Shown here: positions 53,041 through 64,000 of the stretch, one piece after another
Layout of the letters: each line of letters begins with the position of its first letter
Numbering within the stretch: the first letter of the stretch is position 1
Origin: Bugula neritina
Taxonomy: Eukaryota > Animalia > Bryozoa
DNA length: 64,000 nucleotides
Assembly: GCA_964035545.1 (NCBI GenBank)
Contig: OZ037765.1
Location: forward strand, 21,387,304 to 21,451,303
Reading direction: 5' to 3'
The notes under the pieces: generated by a model
The model's database searches: none
The model's input: only the letters and a program-made list of their open reading frames with translations
Told to the model about the DNA's origin: nothing
Program-made: the position numbers and the translations under genes

Positions 53041-55874
53041 TGATATAGATATAATTATTGATAGAAATTCCAACAAAGTTTGTAGTTTGTTAGTTCCAGT
53101 ATTGGTATGTAAAACTAAAATTAAAACGTTAAGTAAAAAATAAAACTAAGTTAAAGTAAGCTAAAGCTCAAACTTAAACTAAAGATAAACTAAAACTTAA
53201 ACTTAAAGGTTATTACTTATTAATATTAGTTATTTCACTGAAAGTGAAACTCAAACTGAAAGTAAATATCAAATTCAATATCAATATGATTAGGATGAAA
53301 ATGGCGATTATAACAATGATGATGGAGATCATAAACTTGAAGTGATAACCATAATGATAAACATATAATATATTCGTAGTAGTAATTTTGCTGATGTACT
53401 TGCACTTGTAGTTGCAGTGGTTTACGTTTAGTTTTATATTACCATTAGTGGATACCTTTGAAGAAATAAAACACTCAGCAACACTTGCTCTTAGTCATAT
53501 GGTTGTAACCTATAGCCTATAGGACTAGGAGTGGGAGTGCCTCATTTGGTTTAGAGTATGAAATTTGCTTGACTACAGAGTACAGATTAAGTGGATGTTG
53601 TGTTTATTTTTTAATCTATATTCTCTTTGGCCTTTAGTGTCTGTAAGAATTCTTATAAGTGTAAGTTTAGGGGAAAGCACTTCAAAAACCGAACTCCACA
53701 TTGACATTAAGTTATATATTAGTCCCATTTTTGCTATAACATTAAGTATAAGTATTAGTTGTTAACAAAGGCAAAAATAATTTTTATTCTTTAATTACCT
53801 TTTCATTTTATAAAGTACTCCTACTAAAACCCAGCGATTAAGAGATTTACATATTGCCATTCATTCATTGTGTTTAAATATTGCAATTACTGATATACTG
53901 ATAAACTTACATTAGCTTATGGCTAGTATTACTATTAGCAATGCAAATGGCAATAGTGAATAGACATATTTGCTTTATTAACAAATAACAACTATATTGC
54001 TTAATATAAATTATAAGTAGAATAGTTTTTGTAATTGATGAAAAGTTGCTCCTAGGAAATTGGATTTTTTAAAAATGTCATACTCAAGCAGTTGTACTTG
54101 GCATGAGGAGTTTACAATTGTTCCTGTTACTTCTGAAATTTTTAGGGTTTGTGCTGAGACCACAGTTGTTATTCACAGATAAAAATGCTCAAATTGTTAT
54201 TCGGGATTCTTAGCTCTGTTGCTGATGTACTAATTTCCAACAATGGTGATGAATGCTGATATTGACAAATACACTTCAAAAATTGACAAACATTTGGCAG
54301 ATGGCTTTTAGCCCCAGAAAATGTTCTCACTAGTACATGCTTGTTGGGCTGAAACCTCCCAAAAACTTTTATTTATAAAATATTGTGGGCAATAAATAGA
54401 AACTCTTTTTTTCTTTCTATCGAGACTATTTTTTTCTCATTCTACCAGATGTAAGAGAAACTAGTTATATGAAATTTAGTAATAATTGATTTATTTTTTC
54501 AGGGAGTTTAAGTGATAAAAAGTTATATGGTTAATATTTATGCTAATACTTGCTGAATAGCATGTAAAGCTACTTTTATGTAAATGTGTGAACTTTGTTT
54601 TTAAAGTTACTTTAAGCTTTGCAGGCAACATGGCAATGCTGTATACTAAGTAGCTAAGTTTTTACTTGATACAATTTCTAAATGCAGATGTTACAATACT
54701 TATCCTCATTATAACTTAAAACCAAGCATTTTATTCATTGTTATACACAGTAACAGCTCAAATACCTCATTTAATTATTGGTCATCAATGCAATTAGAGG
54801 CGTATGAAAATTGAAAATGTCTGTGAATATTAACGAAGATGGCCGTGTGTCAACCCTCCCCCATTCTAGCTTATTTAGTGTCAAACTTATTATGCTAAGG
54901 CTGAACCCAAATGAGCCTCAAAGGTTTTATACTGTAAAAATGCTGCTGTTTTGCTGTGCCCTTAAATTGAGGTCTTTTCCCAGACAATTTAGTTTGATAT
55001 CATATTGCTGTTGTAATACTTATCAAAATTTCTGACTTTGGCAGGGTGGATTCAACAAGCAACCTCTCATATTTATCTCCATATTCTAGCCAATATAATA
55101 GAAGACTACATTGCTCTTACCTTTGTAATTTGTAGCTGTTGCTGCAGTAATCTATAGCAATGAGCAACTTATTAACATGATAAGAATATTTTAGCTGTCT
55201 GTGCCCAGACTTTGCAAATATCCAACCTTTTGCTTACTGTACCCTCCCGAGCATATTTTCACACTGATTTTAACTATTTTTATTTGAACAATTTGCTGCA
55301 AAACATCTACACACTGCTACATGCATGTATAAAGAAACTCTTAGCCAGTATATTTATTGCGGTCCAATGCCTGTTGAAGTTATAGTTCACCAGTGTGTCT
55401 GCATTACTGTAATAATTAAAGCTTTTTGTCTTGATTTTATAGATCACTGTAGAATATCTCTAAACTCTAACAAATTACAAAATGTAAATGCAAGCTATTT
55501 TTTTCAAATAAAAACCAAAATAATATTTATGTATTAAACTCTAATGTTTTATTATAACTTACATAGTGTTTTTAGTTCTTGCTAAGAAGTTTGATAAAAA
55601 TAAATTTTTTTCATCAAACCAATATAATGTTTTATGCCGTCACTATTGCTGACTGAAGTCATACATGTTGTCCAATCAAAAAGCTTCAAATTTTAAAATA
55701 ATATTTGGTTTGAAACGAGCAAGTCCCAGCAATTGGTATTTATTTTAATGTCTGAATTAGATAGGGAAGGGGACTTGTGAACTTTTTGCTATAAATTTTG
55801 AATTGTCTTATTTTTCTCACTGCTAGTAGTGTTCTTACATTTGTACTTTGTTATTCTTCAGATAGAGTTATACA

Positions 55875-58800
55875 ATGGCAGAACCAGAAAGAAGTCTTAA
55901 AGTGTTTGTGAGTGGAGACGTAAATGGAAAATTCAATTCTTTATTTAGTCGCATCAATTCTATACAAAAGAAAATGGGAAAGTTTGACTTGCTTTTTTGT
56001 GTTGGAAACTTTTTTGGCAATGACATGAGTCAATGGGTTCCATATAAAGATGGAGAAAAAGAAGTGCCAGTGGAAACTTACATCTTAGGTAACTGAACTG
56101 CTTGCTCTCTCTGACATATAAACACAAAGCATATTAATGCTAATTTATGCTTTTGTTTCAATAATTCGCAGTGATCATACCCTACAGCTGAATTAAAAGT
56201 ATTTGCTAATTGCATGGCTTGGTTTTTTATAGGCTGTAATGATGATGAGTCCGCTCAACATTTTATGGAAGATGGAGGTGGGGAATTGTGTTCAAACGTA
56301 ACTTATCTTGGTAAAAGTGGACTATTTACTAGTACCTCAGGGTTAACTGTTGGCTACCTTAGTGGTCGAGATGGAGGTGATAAAGATGACTTTTCTCATT
56401 TTTCAAAAGCTGATGTTGATGCTTTAAAAAGGAAGATTCTAAATACTTCAACTTTTAAAGGGATAGACATTCTCTTAACTTCAGTTTGGCCTAAAGATGT
56501 CAACAAGTATGGTACAGAGTTGAAACAGCATCCAACATGTGCTTCAGAAAGTGTTGCACAGTTGGCCTTGGCAGTCAAACCTCGTTATCATTTCTCTGGG
56601 TTAGAAGGCATATCATATGAGCGAAATCCTTACCGCAACCACAAACTTTTGACCGGCCAACAAAGTCATGTGTCGAGATTTGTAGCCTTGGCTCACGCAG
56701 GCAACAAAGATAAACTGAAATATTTGTATGCTTTCAACATTGTACCATTGAAGTATATAGGGGCAGATGAGTTGCACAAACAGCCTGTTGATACCACTGA
56801 ATGTCCATATAAGAAAGATTTCCACCAGCAAACAGCCGGTGGTGCTCCTGAAAGAAATGAATTCTTTTATGGCGACTCACCATCAGCTGGTACAAAGAGA
56901 CACGGTTAGAATGCTACACTTATGTTATGTGCAACATTATGATTAACTATTTTAATTTTTTCATTTGGATTTTTTATGTAGATTTTGCTTAGGTTTTGCT
57001 TTAGGTCTCAGATATTTTTTGCTATAGATATTTGTTTGAAACTAAAAGGTTGGTTCACATATCTGTTGAAAACATATTTACATGTACTATGGGGAGAAGT
57101 TAAAATGGTTCTTAGAGTGAGTGACAGCTTGCCACATCATGGTGTCAGTACAATGTATTGGTTTTCTATGCTATGCTATTTATATAGTGTTGCATTTTAT
57201 TTCCCAGCTTTAAAACAAAATTTATTATTGAATACAAAATTGACCAGTTGACAGAACAAAACAATACTTGATTTTTCTCGTAAACCAAAATTTTTTGCAT
57301 ATATTTGCTGCTGTAAATTTCATATTCAGACCTACTCTTGCATTTACTTCATGAAATATGATATCTGTTTAGGCACAGCGCACGGTGATGAACCTGCAGG
57401 GAAAAGGAGCTCGGAACCACCCAAACCCAAGGGGCCGTGTTGGTTTTGTCTGGGTAGTCCTGAGGTAGAGAAGCATCTTGTGGTCAGTGTTGGAACGTCC
57501 GTGTACTTGGCTTTAGCCAAGGGTGGTTTAAATGAACAGCATGTGTTGATTCTTCCGATTGGCCACTTCCAGTCTTTAGTTACCTGCTCCGATGATGTCT
57601 TAAAGGTAAATGCCCTAGCCCTTCTTTGGATATTGCTTGATGCAGCACTAACAGTAGTGGTTGGAGGGTCTCGAGTTTGGAGTTTAGAGTTTGCCTAATG
57701 TGTGTATACAAAGTCTGCACTCAGTGACCCCATTTTTTCTAGATATTAACGAAGATTCAAAGTTGATTAAAAACTAAATTTTTATTTGGTAATTATGGGA
57801 ATTAAAAGTTGTCTTATTAGTTAGAAGTCTAATGGAATATGTTGTGTTTATTAGGAAATCGCTAAGTATAAAGCTGCTCTAAAAAAGTTTTACAAAAGTC
57901 AGGGGAAGACACCTGTGTTTTTTGAGAGGAACTTCAAATCATCTCACACTCAGATCCAGACAGTACCCATACCTAAAGATAAAGCAGGCAGCTGTATGCA
58001 AGTGTTCACCGATAACGCAAGCCAACTGGGCATTGATTTGGTTGAAATACCTGAGAGATCTGATCTGAAAGAAATAGTTCCTGCAGGTACTACACTCACT
58101 ATTGTCTCTGACTGAAAGGCAGTCCTTCATCATAATGTGTTATTATTGCAGGAGAAGGTTGCAGATGACTTAGGATGTTAAAATAAAATTATTGGTATGC
58201 TTTCTTTTTATAATAAGGAGTGAAGGTAATGAATAAAAATATTGGTGCTTCTAGATTTGTTTTAGGGGAAAACACCTGTGTTTTTTGAGAGAAAGGAACT
58301 TCAAGTCTTATATCTGTCATAAACGACAGATAAAAGCTTTTATATTTGTTGTAGTTATTTTTTGCTACCCTTAACGTAAAACCTAACTATGGCTCAAGTT
58401 CTCAATGATCAGTTTAAACTTGAGAGTTTGGATGCAGGACATTATCTCAGTATTTTAAGAAACAGCCAATTTTTAATGCTACAATTTCTATCAAGAGCTG
58501 AGACTGAATTAAAGCCGCAATTCATAAACTGTAAGAGCTGATTTGTGTACCTTTTTTTCATACTGGTCAACTTGACATTAACTATTGTTGGAAACATTGA
58601 TACACACAAAGCAGGATTATCTGGGCCAACTGTGATATTCATACTTATTGTCTCTCTGATGTTTGATGGGCTAACATCAGAATATCTAGCAATAATTTGT
58701 GATAAATTTTCTTCTTACGACTTGAACACAATTTCATACAATGACAAACCTATGTAATATGCCTAATGTATTTTAGGAAAGACATATTTTTATGTTGAAC

Positions 58801-59003
58801 TGCCTACTGGGGAAAAACTCTTTCACAGCATCAAAAAAAATTTTCCTGTGCAGTTTGGGCGAGAGGTTTTGGCTGATGAAGTACTTCTAAACCAGCCTGA
58901 TAAAGTGGATTGGAGAAACTGTGCTGTTAGCAAGGAGAAAGAGAAGGAATTAGCTAAGCAATTCCAACAAGAGTTTCGGAGTTTTGATTTTAATGCCCTT
59001 TAA
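55875..59003 (+). CDS. CWF19L1: CWF19-like protein 1; exons 55875-56088, 56233-56904, 57373-57605, 57855-58086, 58778-59003
   Basis: N-terminal metallophosphoesterase-like region ([45 protein letters not shown]) and CwfJ C-terminus ([53 protein letters not shown]); TAA at 59001-59003. Confidence 0.95.
58264..58307 (+). repeat. Intronic duplicate of part of CWF19L1 exon 4 (source 57901-57940)
   Basis: aggggaaaacacctgtgttttttgagag(aaag)gaacttcaagtc vs exonic aggggaagacacctgtgttttttgagaggaacttcaaatc: 2 substitutions and a 4-nt insertion. Confidence 0.88.
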
Positions 59004-59648
59004 GCAATAGCACAGTTAATTATACCTTTTTATAATTGCAGCGTGATGATGTAAAAATATTTGTAGATAATATTTACATACTAATAATTTTATTCTGGAA
59101 TGCTTGATCAAAAATTTTACAGTGTAAATAAATTTCACCAGTACTGCTATAAAAACTTGTTCATTTAAAACTTTGTTGTCATCATAACGCATATGTTAAA
59201 GAACGTAATATATTGTCAAAAAGATGTGAACTTTTATGGCAGGCATCTAACTAGCAGTGTTGTGCTGTAAGTCTCCGTCTACTACGATATATCAACCCAA
59301 CCTCTAGAAAATAAGGTTAAACATTCACTGAACGTTTTCTATACTAGGGATCCCTGAAATGGCATATCAATATACATATATATTCGAATTCGGCGATCTT
59401 TTAGCTTAGATACAAATCATGGACATAATATAGTACACCAGCTAGCAACTAGCAAACTCTTAGTGAGCTTTTTCTTCAGTTTTTTTCTTGAGCTAGCATG
59501 TTTTGCCTAAGTAACCCTGATATATGGCATTATTTTCAAGCTGATGCCGTAATATTTACCTACAATTATTATGCAATTTTGTTGAATTGTTCTTATGTAT
59601 ACTACAGCCGAATAACTATATACAATATACTAATGTATTAATTTTAAC

Positions 59649-61480
59649 CAGGGATGTAGTGGTAAAAATATTCTTGGCCATACTCTCAGGCCGCGGGGGG
59701 GGGGGGGGGGGGGGGGGGTCCAGGGGGCCGCCCAGGCCCCCGGCGGGGTCTGGGGCAGCGCCCCGGCCACCGAAGCCCTCAGAGCACTTCTGATGCAAAT
59801 TTATGCAATTTAAAGCCATTGTGAATTATAATTCTTCTGAAAAAAATCTGTGTTGAAATGTGCACCTCGCTATTATTTTCATACCATACCAGCTACATGA
59901 CGACTGGGCATTGCTGCAAACTATATAAATATTCAGTCTTGTCCTATACCTGTTGACTGTAATGTAATGTAATGTAGTCTTACTCAACTGCAGTTAGGTT
60001 TATTCTGACACTAAGTCCAACCTGTACAGAAAAATTGCTGAATATCTCAAAAAGATGGAAGGATAGAGGCAGGTAACAAGTGCTCTCCAAATGCAACCTG
60101 ATTACTTTAAATAACGAATACAGTGCTGTGCACAGAAAAAGAATAATAGATCAGAACAGAGGAAGATTGCTAATCAGAAAATGTGTGTTGGTTAATTATA
60201 AAGAGCAATTTGGGTTGATAACTCATTGGCAAGCAGAAATTGGTTGAAAACCTATTTAGAGTTTATTAGAGTACTAGTCTAATCCATAAGGTGATACCGC
60301 CACACCTCCTTACACACAATATAAAGCACACCCAAGAAAAGTATGTTAACTTGGTTTTAAAATAAAACCCCTGAGCTTCCACTAGATACATCAAGGAAAT
60401 ATACCCCAAAAGAACAAATTTGACAGGTTTAATATGTGTTAACCTAGAAGATGATTAAATGCAAAGCCAGACGTTAGTACAATCAAACATAAAAGGTTAC
60501 TTATGGTGGTGTACAGTTTGCAAAACCTTATTGCATTGATAATTAACATGCAATAATGCTAGGTTTTTGACCAAAATGTGGATATAGTACCTGTAGACCT
60601 CAGTGATAAATTTTCATTAGCCTCTCCTACACACCTGGTACTGTTTCTTGAAGACATTTTGATTTTATTTCTGGATTTCATGTTGGTTTTTTCCAAATTC
60701 CATTGCTTATTGACAAGATGCAAGTTCACACATGATAGATAAGGGCCACCTTCTAGCTGTCACTGTCTTGCTGAGGCCACATTATTGGTATATTATAAGA
60801 ATTCAGTCCTGCCAAATAAAACCTCACTTAATTGTGCTAGAATTAAAATTTAAAAACCATGTTTTAGATCTTCCTGTTCCTCAGAGCACCTGTTTTTTGA
60901 GTTTTCAATATTTTTTTTACAAAGTTATCGACAAAAATCTACCCATTTTTGGCCAATTTTAGCTGAAAAATTTATTTTTCAATCCCTGCCAAATATCTCA
61001 GCAGGAAAGCATGGTATTCGAATAGAACAAACGCTGTCGGAAACTGAGAAATTTATGCATGGTAAATTTTTTGTTCAATCTTGTCAATAGCCTTCATAGA
61101 TTTTCTACAAGTTAGTGAGTTATACACTGAAAATGAAAGATTTTTTCCTTAGTAATCACCAATGCACAGCACTTCGCGCTTCAGTGAACACGTAGAGATA
61201 AGAAGATGCAATGTTGATAGCTGCATAGTATTCATAGTGTAATCTCAGGCTAAACAATCACAAGTAGGCAACACGCATGCCACCCACATAGCATTAGCAT
61301 AACAAGAACTTAAATTAGATTGTTAGCGAAATTTATGATATTCTCAGTGAGGATGCCCAAACTATCCTGTGCACTAATCATCTTTCAAAAATATGCCCAT
61401 ACGGGCGTATGGCCTAGAACAGTCTATTTTCTTCTAGGCCATACGGCGTATGGGACCGTATGGGTACCACTACATCCCTG
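59649..61480. mobile_element. Non-autonomous hAT-superfamily DNA transposon, 1832 bp
   Basis: Perfect 16-bp TIRs CAGGGATGTAGTGGTA (59649-59664) and TACCACTACATCCCTG (61465-61480); perfect 8-bp TSD ATTTTAAC (59641-59648, 61481-61488); subterminal CCATAC/GTATGG repeats; no transposase-length ORF. Confidence 0.93.
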
Positions 61481-61759
61481 ATTTTAACCCACTGCAGCGT
61501 ACGTGCTATATCAACTTTCATTTAAAATCTTTTTAATGGAAATGCAGTTTGATACTTCTGCACTTCTTATCGGAGTCATCCGGTCGGTGTACAACTGCTT
61601 TGCACAGTTTTTGGACAATGATATCAGTCGACATAAAACAGAGTTGTCTTACCCGTGATACTCGATAATGTCGCTTCATAAAAGGTAGCAATTGAGTTAA
61701 CCAAGTAGTTGTATTTCCATAATCTGAGCTACTTTTGAACTGAATTTACGCTGCAATAG

Positions 61760-61800
61760 TTTCACCCGCCCGCGCTTGCAGAGAGCATGCGCGAAACCCT
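61760..61800. promoter_or_regulatory. Candidate SRRT core promoter motifs
   Basis: CpG cluster with CCCGCCC (GC box), GCATGCGC (NRF1-like) and overlapping GCGCGAAA (E2F-like, 61789-61796). Confidence 0.4.
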
Positions 61801-63584
61801 TGCATGTTCATTACAAAGTCACGATCATAATAACGAACTTCACTTAATTTGTCTGTAAAACAATTATCATTAGTAATTAAATCAATAATTTATAGTTTAA
61901 GTTTGTTCAAATTAAATAATTTTAGACAAAAAGTCAACGTCAAATAGTATTACTGATTTTATTGTGAGTAAAGTAGCTAAAATAAATATATTTATTAAAA
62001 TGAAACTCAATTTCCAACTGAAAGTGAAAGTGAAATCAAAATGAATTGAACTTGTCTTCAACTTGAAGTTGGACGTTAATGTTGAACTTGAAGTTTGAAC
62101 TTCAACTTCAAGTTGATATTACTATTAGTACTAGTATTGCTATTGCTATTACTATAATACTCATACTGAAAGTAATAATAATATCAAAATAGTTAAAATT
62201 AAATACTGATCTTATTCTTAGTCATACTCATACTGATAGTGATAGTGATAATCATAATGTTAATTTCAATTTAATATCATAATCATATTCATAATGATAA
62301 TAAAATTAAATGATATTGATTATTTGATAATCAGTATGGGTATCACAATCATAATGATTCAGATTATCATTATGATGATGGTTACTAACTCATTATCTTT
62401 ATTATAACTATAAATTTATCATTATGGTGATGGATAACATTAACTTCAAGTTTAACGCCAACGGCAATGATGTTCATATTGATAATTTACATTATTGATT
62501 ATCATTATGATGATTATATTAATGTTGATTATGACATTATCACTGTTTTTATGAAACTCAAATTCAATATGGATATCATTATCAGTAAAATACCGATATT
62601 GAATTTGAGTATGGGTATTACTATTGGTAATAATGCGATGACTATCATTATGATTCCGATCACCATAATTGTAATGGTGCCTGTGCTGGTTTCGATTTGT
62701 CTACTAACGACCATACAATCAGCGAGAGTGTTAGATACTTTATATACAAGGTACTTTATTATTCAACATTCTTGTTCACCAAACTTACAAAGCATTTTTG
62801 TTTCTCTCTAGAGTTGCCTGTTTTTAAGCTTAATGCCGATTTTACTATAACATTTTAAATATTGTTTAGTGTACAAATAAGGCCGGACAATATTTGAAAA
62901 ATTAAAATAGTGCCTTTTCCTGTTCTTGGAAAACTATACTGAACACTGCATTTTGATAGCAGAATCATCCCCTTGCAAGCATCCAGATGGCTGCCCAGCT
63001 TTCTGGTTGCAACACTATTGCATGTGACTATGAATGTAATTTCGGATTGTAAATATCCCATTATCCTAATGCGATGATTGTACAGTGAGCTTAGTAAGCT
63101 GTTTGGTGATCACCTTTGACTGCTTCATGTATAGTTCATTACAAGGATCATAATGAGTATGATAATCATAATCGTATAGTATCATATTGATAATGCCTGA
63201 TAATGATAACTATGAATTTTATGAATATCTATCGTTAATATTGTTATTATCATTATTTATTATGATTATACTTGTTATAAATTTTAATTAATGATATTTA
63301 TATTAAATATACTGTAAGTCAGTATTACAGTTCATAAGTTATATTATAGGACAACCAATCTCATGCATTCTTGAATATTGATGGGTCAATAAGAATAAGT
63401 ACCCTGTACAACAATTACTTCTAAGTTTACAAATACTGAAATTAAAAAGAAGTTTTATGATAATTGATATACCTATTGTCCATTGGATCATTAGCCTACC
63501 AGCAACGGCCTCAGCTACTAGCTGATGATTGCCAAGCAATCTGTTCAGAATATCGTTCTATTTGATGATTTGGGTTTTGTTAAG

Positions 63585-63730
63585 ATGGCGGACAGCGATG
63601 AGGATTTTGACAATAGAAGATCTGGCAGGGAGAAGTTTCAGCGCGAGAGACCTGCTGACTCCGGTAGAGATAGGCGAGGCAGCAGAGATTCCTGGGAACA
63701 TAATGACAGAAATAGAACTCGATCAGATGG
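63585..63730 (+). CDS. SRRT: Serrate RNA effector / Ars2, first coding exon (continues beyond the window)
   Basis: MADSDEDFDNRRSGREKFQRERP..RDRRGSRDSW resembles the Ars2 N-terminus ([20 protein letters not shown]); donor GG|GTAAGT at 63731. Confidence 0.75.
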
Positions 63731-64000
63731 GTAAGTTATGCAGTTATTTCAAATAATTTTTTTTATGTTGCCAAAGCTTTTATAGCTTTATGCATCAGGT
63801 TTTTCCGAAGGGATGTTGCAACTTATAACCAAGTTGTTGTAATGTAACCTTTTTTAAAATTTAGAATAAATGTTGGCATAAAATAATAGTACCTTTGCAT
63901 AGACTAATTTCAACAATGTCCATCATTTAATGCTGCCAACTTATTTATGAGTATGCAAGTGCATTGAGTTGGTCTTTCTTGGCAGACCTTGGAATAGGGG

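Noticed and set aside
59587-59819. Gly/Pro-rich ORFs on both strands
   Set aside because: Produced by the poly-G/GC block and spanning the transposon boundary.
60555-60760. Open frame on the minus strand inside the hAT element as a transposase remnant
   Set aside because: About 65 codons with no BED finger, DDE or hAT dimerisation motif that I can recognise.
62467-62811. 114-aa Ile-rich, membrane-like ORF
   Set aside because: Explained by period-3 low-complexity DNA; the opposite strand gives a similar ORF and no domain is recognisable.

Overview
AT-rich, intron-dense eukaryotic DNA, consistent with a compact-genome invertebrate; the taxon cannot be fixed from the sequence alone. Hand-splicing gives seven protein-coding genes: the 3' part of an ANKRD11/12-like gene (+), a complete HFM1/MER3 meiotic helicase (-), an extracellular sulfatase SULF1/2 homologue (+), a TBATA/SPATIAL-family gene (-), ALDH8A1 (-), CWF19L1 (+) and the first coding exon of SRRT/Ars2 (+). 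Mobile DNA comprises an intact 1.83-kb non-autonomous hAT-type element (16-bp TIRs, 8-bp TSD), a 5'-truncated RTE-type LINE fragment, a tRNA-headed SINE with a probable deleted second copy, and two small inverted-repeat elements. The most notable observations are a U12-type (minor spliceosome) intron in HFM1, two GC-AG introns, a roughly 700-aa C-terminal tail on HFM1, and a recurring promoter architecture in which short CpG-richer cores are flanked by long degenerate period-3/6 low-complexity tracts at every gene 5' end. Exon coordinates were read by eye and may be off by a few bases. No database searches were run.
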